Shown here in pieces: positions 45,518-55,168 of a DNA stretch of 64,000 nucleotides (its first letter is position 1; the number at the start of each line of letters is the position of its first letter). The DNA comes from a bacterium (lineage in GTDB: Bacteria > SAR324 > NAC60-12). A program made the translations under genes and the position numbers. The stretch lies in assembly GCA_965233585.1 (NCBI GenBank), contig CBDDTI010000747.1, positions 32,001 through 96,000 on the forward strand, given 5' to 3'. The notes under the pieces were generated by a model. The model saw only the letters and a list, made by a program, of their open reading frames with translations. It was not told where the DNA came from and did no database searches.

Positions 45518-47431
45518 ATGATTCAAGCATTTAGAAATCAGACACAAAGCGTTTTCTTTCGTGTCATTTTGTTTTTTGTGGCGCTGACCTTTGTCATTTC
45601 TTTTGGTTGGTTTTCTTCTGAAACTCAAAAAAATGTTGTGGCAACTGTCAACTCTGAAGATATTCTTTTTCAAGATTACGACATTGCTTATAACCAAAGG
45701 TTGGAGCAGTTAAGGCAGACATTTGGAGAGAATGCAGAAGCCCTTGCGAGCCAACTGAATATCAGTCAAAGTGTTTTAGATTCTGTCATTTCCCGACGTT
45801 TGCTGCTCCAAAATGCTAGAAAGCAGGGGATTCTTGTTGCTGATGCCGAAGTGATTGAACAACTCAAATTGGTACCCGTCTTTCAAAAAGACGGTCGGTT
45901 TAGCAAAGAAGTTTATCAACAACTTTTAAGACAAAATAGGGTATCTCCTGAATCTTATGAAAAGTCTGTCAGAGAAGATTTGCTCCTGCAAAAATATCAA
46001 CGACTCTCAACCGCAAGGCAACTATCAACGCAAGCAGAAGTCCAGCGAATCTATGATTATGAGCAACGTGTCATCTCCGTTGAGTACTTAAGGTTCTCTC
46101 CTGAACAATTTTTTGAAGATGTCGTCATCATTGAAGAAAATTTGAAAGAATTTTATGACAACAATTCACAAGATTTCATGAGTTTAAAAAAATATCAGAT
46201 TGAATACTTCACATTCGGCTTTAGCGACCTTGGAACACAAGAAGACCCTAGCGAACGTATGATAGAACGTTACTACGAAACTAACCCTGCAGAGTTTTCA
46301 AATGATGATCAAGTGAAGGCAAGACATATTTTGATGAAAGTGTCATCTGACATGTCTGAAGAAGCACGTGAGGAAAAACGCAAACAACTGGAGAGTCTTT
46401 TGCAAGAAGCACGTGCAGGAGCATCTTTTGAAGAACTGGCTAGGGAAAACTCAGAAGACTTTAGTGCGATAAGAGGAGGAGATTTAGGCTGGTTTTCTGC
46501 TGGTGAGATTGATGAAACTTTGTCAAACGCGGCATTTGGTCTTCAAGTTGGAGAAGTCAGCGAAATTGTTCAAACAGGTTTTGGTTTTCATATCGTCAAA
46601 CTAGAAGGCAAGAAAGATGCTGAAACGAAACCACTGGAAAGCGTCAAAAGTGAAATACGGCAAAAGTTAATTGATACTAGACAGGAACGAAAGCTCAGCC
46701 AGACCTTGGAAACTATTGAAAATCAGTTGACAGAAGGGCAGGCATTGGAAGAGATTGCAACGTCTCTTGATTTACGAGTCAAACAAACAGACTTGTTCCA
46801 AGCAGGAGATGTGATTGACGGCATTGGTTCGGTTGATGATCTAATTTCAGAGTTAGATTCCAAAGCGAAAGATGAGACAGGCAAGTTGTTAAAAAATCCT
46901 GTGCAAGGGCATCTGTTTTTTAAGTTGATTGACGTCAAAGATCCACAGACGTTGCCGTTGGAAGAGGTTAGAGAAGAGATTGAGAGAAAATTTCGCTATG
47001 CAGAATCTGTCAAAATTGCAAAGACAAGCGCTGATGATTTACTCAATGAATTGGAAGCTGGCAAGGATTGGCAAGCTATTGAAATGCCTACACCGCCACA
47101 ATCTGCCAAAGTGAGTGTGTTGACTGCTCAAGTTCAAGGCATAGGTAATGCTCCAACTTTTCAAAGTCAAGCTCTTGAATTGAATGATGCCCAACCCTTT
47201 GCCTCCGTGCAAGTTGGAGATGATTCTTACTTGATTCGTTTCATTTCAAGTGAAATTTCACTTGAAAGAGAAGATGAGAAGATGGAAGAAATTCGTAGAA
47301 GGTTGACTTTCGTATGGAATAACATCATCTTTGAACGAGAAATTGAGCGATTAAGAGCAAAAGCAGACATTGAAATTTTAAACCCAGCACTTGCAGGTGG
47401 AGTTCAAAGTTCTCATGGCAGTCAAATGTAA
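45518..47431 (+). CDS. ppiD: Periplasmic chaperone/PPIase PpiD (SurA N-domain + parvulin domain)
   Basis: N-terminal TM, VATVN.E.I, VKARHIL, FEELARENSED...GGDLGWF, SEIVQTGFGFHIVK. Confidence 0.88.
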   Translation: MIQAFRNQTQSVFFRVILFFVALTFVISFGWFSSETQKNVVATVNSEDILFQDYDIAYNQRLEQLRQTFGENAEALASQLNISQSVLDSVISRRLLLQNARKQGILVADAEVIEQLKLVPVFQKDGRFSKEVYQQLLRQNRVSPESYEKSVREDLLLQKYQRLSTARQLSTQAEVQRIYDYEQRVISVEYLRFSPEQFFEDVVIIEENLKEFYDNNSQDFMSLKKYQIEYFTFGFSDLGTQEDPSERMIERYYETNPAEFSNDDQVKARHILMKVSSDMSEEAREEKRKQLESLLQEARAGASFEELARENSEDFSAIRGGDLGWFSAGEIDETLSNAAFGLQVGEVSEIVQTGFGFHIVKLEGKKDAETKPLESVKSEIRQKLIDTRQERKLSQTLETIENQLTEGQALEEIATSLDLRVKQTDLFQAGDVIDGIGSVDDLISELDSKAKDETGKLLKNPVQGHLFFKLIDVKDPQTLPLEEVREEIERKFRYAESVKIAKTSADDLLNELEAGKDWQAIEMPTPPQSAKVSVLTAQVQGIGNAPTFQSQALELNDAQPFASVQVGDDSYLIRFISSEISLEREDEKMEEIRRRLTFVWNNIIFEREIERLRAKADIEILNPALAGGVQSSHGSQM

Positions 47432-47939
47432 GGTTGGGGTTTTCTGTCTTGCTCTAACACTGTTTGCTTCCTATTTCAAGATTAATGTCAATGCACAAGA
47501 TTTTGGTTTTGGTTCGTTCTCAAAAAAACCAAATTTATACTTAACTGCAGGTTTTGAAAAACCATCTACCTCAAAAAACTCTCCTGTCAAATTAATCATT
47601 TATGGTCAGCTTGAAGAAGGTTGGCATCTCTATTCGGTTCAATCACACCCCCATCTTAACATCATTCCCACGTCTGTTGTTTATCAAAATATCTGGTATC
47701 AAAAACAAGGAGGGATTATAGAAAGCCAAACAGAGCTTCTCTTTGATGAGGCTTTGGGAGTAGAAGTCCAAACGCATCGCAAACAATTTCAGTTACAACA
47801 AACTTTGTTGATTCGTAAAGATGCACCTGTGGGAAATTTAGATTTAACAGGTTACGTTCAATACCAAGTCTGTAACCAAAAGGTCTGCTTAGAACCTCAA
47901 CAAACCTCATTTGTTGCCACAATAAAAGTTGTGAAGTGA
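47415..47939 (+). CDS. Stand-alone DsbD N-terminal-domain-like exported protein
   Basis: Signal peptide; L.EGWHLYS; G.V.YQVCNQKVCL.P (CX4C). Confidence 0.75.
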   Translation: MAVKCKVGVFCLALTLFASYFKINVNAQDFGFGSFSKKPNLYLTAGFEKPSTSKNSPVKLIIYGQLEEGWHLYSVQSHPHLNIIPTSVVYQNIWYQKQGGIIESQTELLFDEALGVEVQTHRKQFQLQQTLLIRKDAPVGNLDLTGYVQYQVCNQKVCLEPQQTSFVATIKVVK

Positions 47940-47984
47940 AGACTTCTACTCATTTGGGCTTGTCTCTCAAAAATTTTTCCTTCC

Positions 47985-49523
47985 ATGGGAACTTACCGTA
48001 ACGTTCGCACTATTACTTTTTTTACGTTTCTGTCTCGCATTTTTGGTGCAGCACGTGACCTTGCCATCGCACATGTTTTCGGTGCAGGACTTGCCAGTGA
48101 CGCTTTTTTGCAAGCTTTTGCGATTCCTAACCTCTTCAGACGTTTAACTGCTGAGGGTGCAATGACCTTGGCATTTATTCCAATTTACACGGACGTTCGC
48201 TCTCAGGGTGCTGATACTAAAATTTTTGCAACGCGAGTGTTGGCAGTTGTATTGATTGCTAGCTGTTTCATTGTCAGTTTGGGTATCATTTTTAGCTCTC
48301 AATTAGTCAAAGTCATTGCGTGGGGATTTGAAAATAATTCTGACAAATTTCAGCTGACTGTAGAATTAACTCAAGTGATGTTTCCATTCCTCATTTTGAC
48401 TTCTCTCACAGCATGGGCTTGCGGGGTACTAAATGCGGAAAAGAGATTTACGGAACCCGCTTCAGCTCCTATTTTACTCAACTTCGGTATGTTATTTGGG
48501 GCATTTGTGATAGCACCTGTTTTAGAAGTTCCTATTTTTGCAATGGCTTGGGGTGTTTTATTAGGCGGAATGTTACAACTTCTTTTGCAGATTCTTCCAC
48601 TTTGGAAGTTAAGCCATTCCATCATTCCCAAAAATCCATTTCATGATGAAAATGTAGTCAAGTTGCTTAAGTTGTTTGCTCCTTCTTTATTTGGTGTAGC
48701 GGCATATCAAATTAACATTTTGATTTTACGAATACTGGCAAGTTTTCTTCCAGAAGGTCAACTGACTCACTACTACAATGCGAACCGTTTGACTGAACTT
48801 GCTTTGGGTGTCTTTGCATTTGCATTGACAACTGCTAACTTTCCTGACTTAAGCGAGCAAAGCTCTCATAAAAATTGGCAACAAGCTCAAGCAACATTGC
48901 ATCAAACTTTTAGTTCTATGTTATTTATTATCATACCTGCAACTGCGGGGCTTTTTGCCTTTGCAAAACCCATTGTTGCGATGCTGTATTTGCATGGTCA
49001 ATACACATGGTCTGATGTAGAATCTACCGCTTTAGCTCTGCATGCTTTTGCCTTAGGGATTCCTGCAGTTGCAGGAGTTCGTTTGTTAGTCTCTGCATTT
49101 TATGCGGTCAAAGATTCCAAAACGCCTGTCATTGTTGCATTTTTTGGGGTCATCATCACGGCAATATCAGGTTGGGTTCTGTCACAAGATTATCAGGTGC
49201 TTGGTTTATCTGTCGCTCTTTCTTTGGGTGCTTGGGGTCAATATATGGCGTTACAAATTTTGCTCTTACGCAATCCGATATGGGCATCTCACATTTTTCC
49301 ATTTTTGAAAATCGTGCTGTATGTTTCATGTTCATCAGTCATAGGGTTATTTGCCTACCAAATGTCTAAATTTGGAAGGTGGGAACAAGGAGCATTTTCA
49401 TTACAGAATTGGATTTTGTTCTTGGGAGTCTTGTCAGGTTCTGTCATGTTGTATTGGACTTTAACGCTAGCTTGCAACGATGAACATGCACAGGCAATTC
49501 TTGCGTTTTTGAGGGGGAAATGA
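47985..49523 (+). CDS. murJ: Lipid II flippase MurJ
   Basis: LSRIFG.ARD, AF.IPNLFRRL.AEGA...AFIP, YNANRL.EL.LG, FYAVKDSKTPV. Confidence 0.95.
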   Translation: MGTYRNVRTITFFTFLSRIFGAARDLAIAHVFGAGLASDAFLQAFAIPNLFRRLTAEGAMTLAFIPIYTDVRSQGADTKIFATRVLAVVLIASCFIVSLGIIFSSQLVKVIAWGFENNSDKFQLTVELTQVMFPFLILTSLTAWACGVLNAEKRFTEPASAPILLNFGMLFGAFVIAPVLEVPIFAMAWGVLLGGMLQLLLQILPLWKLSHSIIPKNPFHDENVVKLLKLFAPSLFGVAAYQINILILRILASFLPEGQLTHYYNANRLTELALGVFAFALTTANFPDLSEQSSHKNWQQAQATLHQTFSSMLFIIIPATAGLFAFAKPIVAMLYLHGQYTWSDVESTALALHAFALGIPAVAGVRLLVSAFYAVKDSKTPVIVAFFGVIITAISGWVLSQDYQVLGLSVALSLGAWGQYMALQILLLRNPIWASHIFPFLKIVLYVSCSSVIGLFAYQMSKFGRWEQGAFSLQNWILFLGVLSGSVMLYWTLTLACNDEHAQAILAFLRGK

Positions 49524-49669
49524 ATTTGAGAAAATTGATTAAAAGCATTTGGCTACAAGAAGATGAAGATCGGACATATTTGCCCAACCCTTCTTGGGAA
49601 GTGTGCTACAATCTTAGAATCTGGTAAACAGATTGAAAGAATTTTAAAGAATTTTGCTGAAAAAGTCTG

Positions 49670-50128
49670 ATGACTACTCACTCTCGTTTACGAATCCAAA
49701 TTTATACAGATGGGTCATGTTCTCCTAATCCTGGACAAGGAGGCTGGGCTGCTGTTTTGATTTCTCCCTCTCAAAATCATGCACGTCTTGAAATATCAGG
49801 TGCAGAGGCTCGTTCCACAAATAATAGAATGGAATTGACTGCTGCGATTGAAGGACTTAAAGCAGTTAAAAAACCCTGTGTTGTTGATTTGCATACTGAT
49901 TCAAAATATGTTCAACAAGCCTTTACACAAGGTTGGTTAGAAAATTGGCAGAAAAAAGGCTGGAAAAACCAAAAGCGAGAACCCGTAGCAAATCAAGATT
50001 TATGGCAAGAACTTTTAAAACTTTCAGAAGTGCATCAGATTCATTGGCATTGGGTCAAAGGACATTCTGACTGCACAGAAAACAATCGTTGTGATGAGCT
50101 TGCCAATCAAGCAAGACGTTCATTGTGA
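49670..50128 (+). CDS. rnhA: Ribonuclease HI
   Basis: IYTDGSC..NPG.GGW, TNNRMELTAAI, TDSKYV, N.DLW, WVKGH...NNRCDELA; extended -10 TGcTACAAT at 49604-49612. Confidence 0.96.
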   Translation: MTTHSRLRIQIYTDGSCSPNPGQGGWAAVLISPSQNHARLEISGAEARSTNNRMELTAAIEGLKAVKKPCVVDLHTDSKYVQQAFTQGWLENWQKKGWKNQKREPVANQDLWQELLKLSEVHQIHWHWVKGHSDCTENNRCDELANQARRSL

Positions 50129-50147
50129 CACATTTACCAAGTATGAT

Positions 50148-51155
50148 ATGATCGTTGGATTTCCTCATCATGCTCCTGAAATTGGAGGACCTGGTACTTT
50201 TCAAACTCATCTTTGCTACAGCCTCCAAAAGAATGGGTACCAAATTGTTTATCCTGAAAATAGAATTTTACCCGATGTGATCTTAGTAGTAGGGGGAACT
50301 AAAAATTTAAATTGGCTTTGGAAATGTAAAAAAAAGGGTGCGAAAATAGTTTTAAGACTTGATGGATTATGGTGGAGCCACCGTCTTTTACATTCAAAAT
50401 TGAGTTTTCATTACTGGAACTGTGAGGCTATCAATATTTTGGTGAAAATCATACGCCAATATCTTGCAGATGCAGTGGTTTATCAAAGTGAATTTATTCA
50501 GAAGTGGTGGCAATTTCGCTATGGGTCATCACGAAAAACTGAGTTTATTGTTTATAATGCAACTGATTTAAAACAGTTCTATCCCACCAACCAAACTAAA
50601 ACTTCTCCTACTCTTTTGTGTGTTGAAGGAACGATACCAGATAATCAAGTCAGTAGAGAAATCTTGTCTCGCATTCCTCCAGCATTGGTAGGTTCTGGAC
50701 TATACGAGCAGTTTAAATTGTACGGACATGCTGACGCAGATTTACTTCATTTCATTAAAAGTATTGATTCAATAAATTATTGTGGGGTAGTGAAAAGACT
50801 TGATATGCCCCAAATTATGAGGTGTGATGGTGTTTTTCTACCACTTGAACTACAACCTCCCTGTCCAAATGCTGTAATTGAAGCTCTGGCATCAGGACTG
50901 GCTGTTGTCAGCTTTAATACAGGTAGTTTGGAGGAACTGATGACTGAAAAAGTAGGAATGCTTGTCCCTTATGGAGGAGATGCTTGGGCAATCAATAAAC
51001 CTGATATTGAAAGTTTAGAGAACGCACTTAAAAAAATTGTCCCCATTCGGTGTCAATATCAGTTGGAGGCTAGAAGGTGGGCAGAAAAACGATTTGACCT
51101 TCAAAGAATGACAGAAAAGTATATGGAAATTATCCAGCAAACAGTATTTTCTTAG
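50148..51155 (+). CDS. Glycosyltransferase family 4 protein
   Basis: GGP..F, RLDG, ADAVVYQSEF, VYN, CPNAVIEALASGL.VV. Confidence 0.85.
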   Translation: MIVGFPHHAPEIGGPGTFQTHLCYSLQKNGYQIVYPENRILPDVILVVGGTKNLNWLWKCKKKGAKIVLRLDGLWWSHRLLHSKLSFHYWNCEAINILVKIIRQYLADAVVYQSEFIQKWWQFRYGSSRKTEFIVYNATDLKQFYPTNQTKTSPTLLCVEGTIPDNQVSREILSRIPPALVGSGLYEQFKLYGHADADLLHFIKSIDSINYCGVVKRLDMPQIMRCDGVFLPLELQPPCPNAVIEALASGLAVVSFNTGSLEELMTEKVGMLVPYGGDAWAINKPDIESLENALKKIVPIRCQYQLEARRWAEKRFDLQRMTEKYMEIIQQTVFS

Positions 51156-51179
51156 AGTAAATTAATAAAATTTTAGCGT

Positions 51180-51635
51180 ATGAAATTTGTCTATATCGTT
51201 GGCGTTTTCGTCTTTTTGTTCACAAACTTATCTACTCAAAACGTGTTAGCGAGGCATCGTTGTCCCCAAACACCTGCATCTATTATTTCATCAATTACAA
51301 TGGCTCCCCTTGCAACGATTATTATGACAACGAAAGCATCAAATACTTCAGGTTGCAGAGACGGACACCCTTCAAGCGACTTTTATACTCCACCGTGGGC
51401 AAGGTATTTTGAAGAGTCTTTTGAGCAAATTGTAGAAGAATCCTCGCGGGGAACAAATAGCTATCTCTACGCACTGACAATGCAGCTGGGTTGCCCAACT
51501 TCATCTATTGAAGATTTAAGGCAAGCTGTCAATAAGAATCATCACCTTCTATTGTCCCCCCAAAGCCGCTGGCGCACTTTTGAGTCTATTCTTAAAAAAA
51601 ATTCTGATTTGAGCCAAGTTTGTCAATTATCCTGA
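51180..51635 (+). CDS. Exported protein, DUF3015-like
   Basis: Signal peptide; TT..SNTSGC; F....E.SRG...YL.AL...LGC. Confidence 0.6.
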   Translation: MKFVYIVGVFVFLFTNLSTQNVLARHRCPQTPASIISSITMAPLATIIMTTKASNTSGCRDGHPSSDFYTPPWARYFEESFEQIVEESSRGTNSYLYALTMQLGCPTSSIEDLRQAVNKNHHLLLSPQSRWRTFESILKKNSDLSQVCQLS

Positions 51636-51689
51636 TGGCTTTGCATTGAGAACAATCTCTTTATCTGTTAGCATAATCCATTTGTTTTC

Positions 51690-52445
51690 ATGCCCCGCCC
51701 CAGACTAGCACCTATTGAAAGGCGGCTATTTGCGTTTTTATTAGATTTTGTTCTTGCCGTTTTAATTGTCAATAGTGCCTTGCAGTTGACCCGACCATTG
51801 AAATGGGATTTGATGGATTCGGTATATGATGAAAAAAGCCTTGTTTCTTATTATTCACTTTTGATTGTGATTCTTTTATTGAAAGACGTAGTTTATGGCG
51901 TCAGTCTAGGCAAATTCTTATTTGGAATGGGCGTCAAACAGGTTCTAAAAATAGAATCCCCGCCTCCTTTGAGCATCAGAATTTTGAGAAATTTAAGTCT
52001 TTTCATTTTACCGATTGAAGCAGTGATTTGCTTTAAAAGCCAGCTTTACCAAAAATTAAGCGATCGGTATTTGGGAGTGTTCGTTTTACAGCTAGAGTCT
52101 CCTGCAAGTTTACTGAAACGTTTAATGTTTGCAAATTTCATATTTTTTGGATTTTTCTTTTTTGCATGGATGACTCAAGATATTCCGATGAAACGGACGG
52201 ACGCTTATCGTGTTGTCAATCAACATCTAGCGTTGAAACAGAGTTTGATTTTTCAAAAAATTGGTGAATTGAAAGACAGACAAGGAGAAGAAATGAGTTT
52301 GGATTTGTCACAGAAAGGGCAGGGGCTTTTTACTGCTGATTTACTAGGAAGCAACGGAAAGACAAAAGTAGAAATTGAACTGGTTTTACTTTCAGTTCCC
52401 GAAAAACATTGGCAGGTGAAACAAATGAATTTTGTACCCCACTAG
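51690..52445 (+). CDS. RDD family membrane protein with C-terminal extension
   Basis: LAP..RRLFAFLLD, G.SLGK.L.G..V, ILRN, QKLSD. Confidence 0.8.
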   Translation: MPRPRLAPIERRLFAFLLDFVLAVLIVNSALQLTRPLKWDLMDSVYDEKSLVSYYSLLIVILLLKDVVYGVSLGKFLFGMGVKQVLKIESPPPLSIRILRNLSLFILPIEAVICFKSQLYQKLSDRYLGVFVLQLESPASLLKRLMFANFIFFGFFFFAWMTQDIPMKRTDAYRVVNQHLALKQSLIFQKIGELKDRQGEEMSLDLSQKGQGLFTADLLGSNGKTKVEIELVLLSVPEKHWQVKQMNFVPH

Positions 52446-52456
52446 TTTTCCTTACC

Positions 52457-53014
52457 ATGATTATCAGGAGTTTGGCAAACTCTCTTAAAATATGGCTATC
52501 GGCATTCTCAATATTTTATTTTCCTGTAAGCAATGTTGCCAATGCCCAACTTACACCAGCCTCCGAAGTCTCTGGTTATGAGCCAACAGTGATACAGTAT
52601 TCATTGGTTGTTGGAGGAATTGAGCGAGGAGATGGATATTCTGTTCCCTCTGTCGCATTCAAAGTTTCTGGAACCCCTGAAAATGGTTGGGAGTTTTCTT
52701 ATGCTCAAGGAGGTTTCAAAATGGGAGATACGTTTTCAGAGAAAGAAACACTCATCACATTGGGAAACAGGTTACAGCTGACAGAAGGAGTCACCAAGTT
52801 CATTGTTGGTATTAATGGTGGTATTGTCCAGACCGAGAACAAAACGCAAACCAAGTCAGATAGTTCTGAGTGGTTTGCAGTTGGCAATTCATTTAGCTTG
52901 GAGTTGCCGATTGCTGGCATTGGTATTCGTGCCGGTATAGATAGTATGCTGGTACCATTACAAATTTCAGTCTTGGGCGTTAGAAGTTTTTGGTATGCAG
53001 GATTTACATTCTGA
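52457..53014 (+). CDS. Hypothetical exported protein, probable small outer-membrane beta-barrel
   Basis: Signal ending ANA; amphipathic strands; C-terminal WYAGFTF. Confidence 0.55.
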   Translation: MIIRSLANSLKIWLSAFSIFYFPVSNVANAQLTPASEVSGYEPTVIQYSLVVGGIERGDGYSVPSVAFKVSGTPENGWEFSYAQGGFKMGDTFSEKETLITLGNRLQLTEGVTKFIVGINGGIVQTENKTQTKSDSSEWFAVGNSFSLELPIAGIGIRAGIDSMLVPLQISVLGVRSFWYAGFTF

Positions 53015-53043
53015 TCAAGGAAAAATCGTTCACAAGATTGGAA

Positions 53044-53496
53044 ATGATGAAACTCCTCATTTTTTTGGTATTTATTCAGGTCTTGATTTCTTTTTCAACC
53101 TTTGCTTTACAAATTTCTCTGGAGCCTGAAATACCTACATTTGTCAATTCTTTCACATCGCAAGGGGCAACCGTTAACCTGACTACTGTCAGAGTCAGGG
53201 TCTTTGAAGACTATGAATTAAGTGTTTTTAGATCTTCTGCTGTGTTGGGAGCTAGTTTTGAAATCTTTGAAAACATCAACGACCAATTTTACCTAAAATA
53301 TGGTGCATTGATACCTCTGGGAGTAAGTTTAAGTATGGGCTATATGATCTTCAAAGATTGGTTTTTATTTGAGACCTCCAATTTGAGGTTTGAATATAAA
53401 ACGTCAATGCACTTTGGTCAAAGTGTTTATGGTATAGATGCACCAAGTCCCCGTTTCATTCATTGGGTTTCATTAATGTACTCCTACAGATTTTAA
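53044..53496 (+). CDS. Hypothetical exported protein, probable small outer-membrane beta-barrel
   Basis: Signal ending TFA; C-terminal SLMYSYRF beta-signal. Confidence 0.55.
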   Translation: MMKLLIFLVFIQVLISFSTFALQISLEPEIPTFVNSFTSQGATVNLTTVRVRVFEDYELSVFRSSAVLGASFEIFENINDQFYLKYGALIPLGVSLSMGYMIFKDWFLFETSNLRFEYKTSMHFGQSVYGIDAPSPRFIHWVSLMYSYRF

Positions 53497-54458
53497 ATTT
53501 GTTCAAAGTGCCTGCTTTTTCCAAGTTTCAACCTGTCATCGCAGTTGTTGTTGTGTTTCTCACGCAAACAGGGTTCATTGTTTTTAGCACAAGTGGTGGT
53601 GTTTTAAAGTGGGAGGTGAAGCCAGAAGAGACAGTTCCTTTGATTCTTGTGACAGAAAACTGTCAAAAATGTTCTTCCCAACAAGAAGCCATTGAGGCTT
53701 TCAACAATGGCATCAATGCTTGGAATTCGGTGGAAAGTTCTTTTTTTCAGTTTGAGGGGAAAGTAGAAGCTGGAGCAGTAGATGTGGAAGACCAGATCAA
53801 TGTTGTTGGCTTTAGATCTTTGCAAAAAGGGGTGTTAGGGCTAGCTAGGTTTTACGTTCGCAGCGGCTCAATTACGGAAGCTGATATCTCAATAGATCAA
53901 GATATTGAAGTTTCCAAACTGGAGTCTGTTTTAATCCACGAGATAGGACATGCTCTTGGTTTGGGACACGATCATGTAGATTTGAAGTCTATCATGTCCT
54001 ATTTTCGTTTTGACAGCAAATCAGGTCTTGGAGTTGATGATATTGTTGGAGTCAGCTATCTTTACCCCGTTGACAAAGATAGTGAAGTGCAACCCACTTT
54101 TGGCTGTGGTACAATTACGGGTCATCACCCCCCTTTTTTAGGTCAAAACTTCATTAATTTTTTCATACTTTTTGCTCTCACTTTTGGCTGGATTTACATT
54201 TCTTCTCGTCACCCAATTTGGATAAAGCAGCGACTGGCTGGCTTGCGAAAATATAAAATGATGACAGGTTTCTTCTTTTTGGGAGTCATCATGCTTTCAT
54301 GTGGCAGAGGACAACAAACAAACCACGGCATCAATTCACTGCAACTTGAAAATCTTGCAGGACAGACGCAACCTGACGCATACAATTTGCCTCATGTGGA
54401 ACAAACTGGACAAAATTCCTTTGTAGTGACATTCTTTTTTCCAAAAACATGGCATTGA
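53463..54458 (+). CDS. Matrixin (M10) family zinc metalloprotease with C-terminal membrane segments (true start probably slightly downstream)
   Basis: EADI, HEIGHALGLGH, Met-turn SIM, DD..G..YLYP. Confidence 0.88.
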   Translation: MGFINVLLQILNLFKVPAFSKFQPVIAVVVVFLTQTGFIVFSTSGGVLKWEVKPEETVPLILVTENCQKCSSQQEAIEAFNNGINAWNSVESSFFQFEGKVEAGAVDVEDQINVVGFRSLQKGVLGLARFYVRSGSITEADISIDQDIEVSKLESVLIHEIGHALGLGHDHVDLKSIMSYFRFDSKSGLGVDDIVGVSYLYPVDKDSEVQPTFGCGTITGHHPPFLGQNFINFFILFALTFGWIYISSRHPIWIKQRLAGLRKYKMMTGFFFLGVIMLSCGRGQQTNHGINSLQLENLAGQTQPDAYNLPHVEQTGQNSFVVTFFFPKTWH

Positions 54459-55168
54459 TTAGACACTTTCACAGAATTGCTTTTTTGATTATTTCGTTGC
54501 TGGGGTTTTGTTCAACTGCCATCATCTTAAGGCTATTTAACAAATTTGAACGCTCCAGAGCAAATACTTTTCTCAAACTTTATGGTGATTTAGTGGTCAA
54601 AGTCTTTCAAATTCATATAGAATTACAATACCAAAAGCCAATTTCATTGATTCCAAAGACCCCTTACATCATCATGGTCAATCACAATAGCTTGATGGAT
54701 ATTCCTGTTATTTTAAGCACCTTGTTAGGTCCACTGGGAGACACTCGTTTTTTAGCCAAAAAAGAATTGTTTCGTATCCCCATATTTGGTCAAGCACTTC
54801 GTCAAGCCAACATGGTTTCTATTGACCGTCAAAGCATGGAACAAGCCAAAAAAGATTTGCTCATTGCAAAAAAATCTTTGGAAGATGGCATGACATTAGT
54901 TGTCTTTCCAGAAGGGACACGTTCTAACGATGGTCAGTTGCTACCTTTCAAGAAGGGTGCATTCTTTGTCGCTATTGAGATAGGAGCAACGATTATCCCC
55001 GTCCGCTTGAAAGGTGTCTCAAAAATTCTTCCTGCTCGCTCACTTAAAATTCAACCTAAAGGCGATGTTCAAGTGCGTATTGGGGGGCCTATTTGTTGTC
55101 AAGGTTATACTATTGAAGATCGTGAGGATTTAGTTCAAAAAGTTCGTCAAGCCATTTTAGATTTATGA
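54449..55168 (+). CDS. plsC: 1-acyl-sn-glycerol-3-phosphate acyltransferase
   Basis: NHNSLMD, FLAKKELF, IDR, FPEGTRS, FKKGAF. Confidence 0.92.
   Translation: MALIRHFHRIAFLIISLLGFCSTAIILRLFNKFERSRANTFLKLYGDLVVKVFQIHIELQYQKPISLIPKTPYIIMVNHNSLMDIPVILSTLLGPLGDTRFLAKKELFRIPIFGQALRQANMVSIDRQSMEQAKKDLLIAKKSLEDGMTLVVFPEGTRSNDGQLLPFKKGAFFVAIEIGATIIPVRLKGVSKILPARSLKIQPKGDVQVRIGGPICCQGYTIEDREDLVQKVRQAILDL

Noticed and set aside
49520..49670. Two overlapping 35-codon ORFs between murJ and rnhA
   Set aside because: No motif; the region is better explained as the rnhA promoter (TGcTACAAT)
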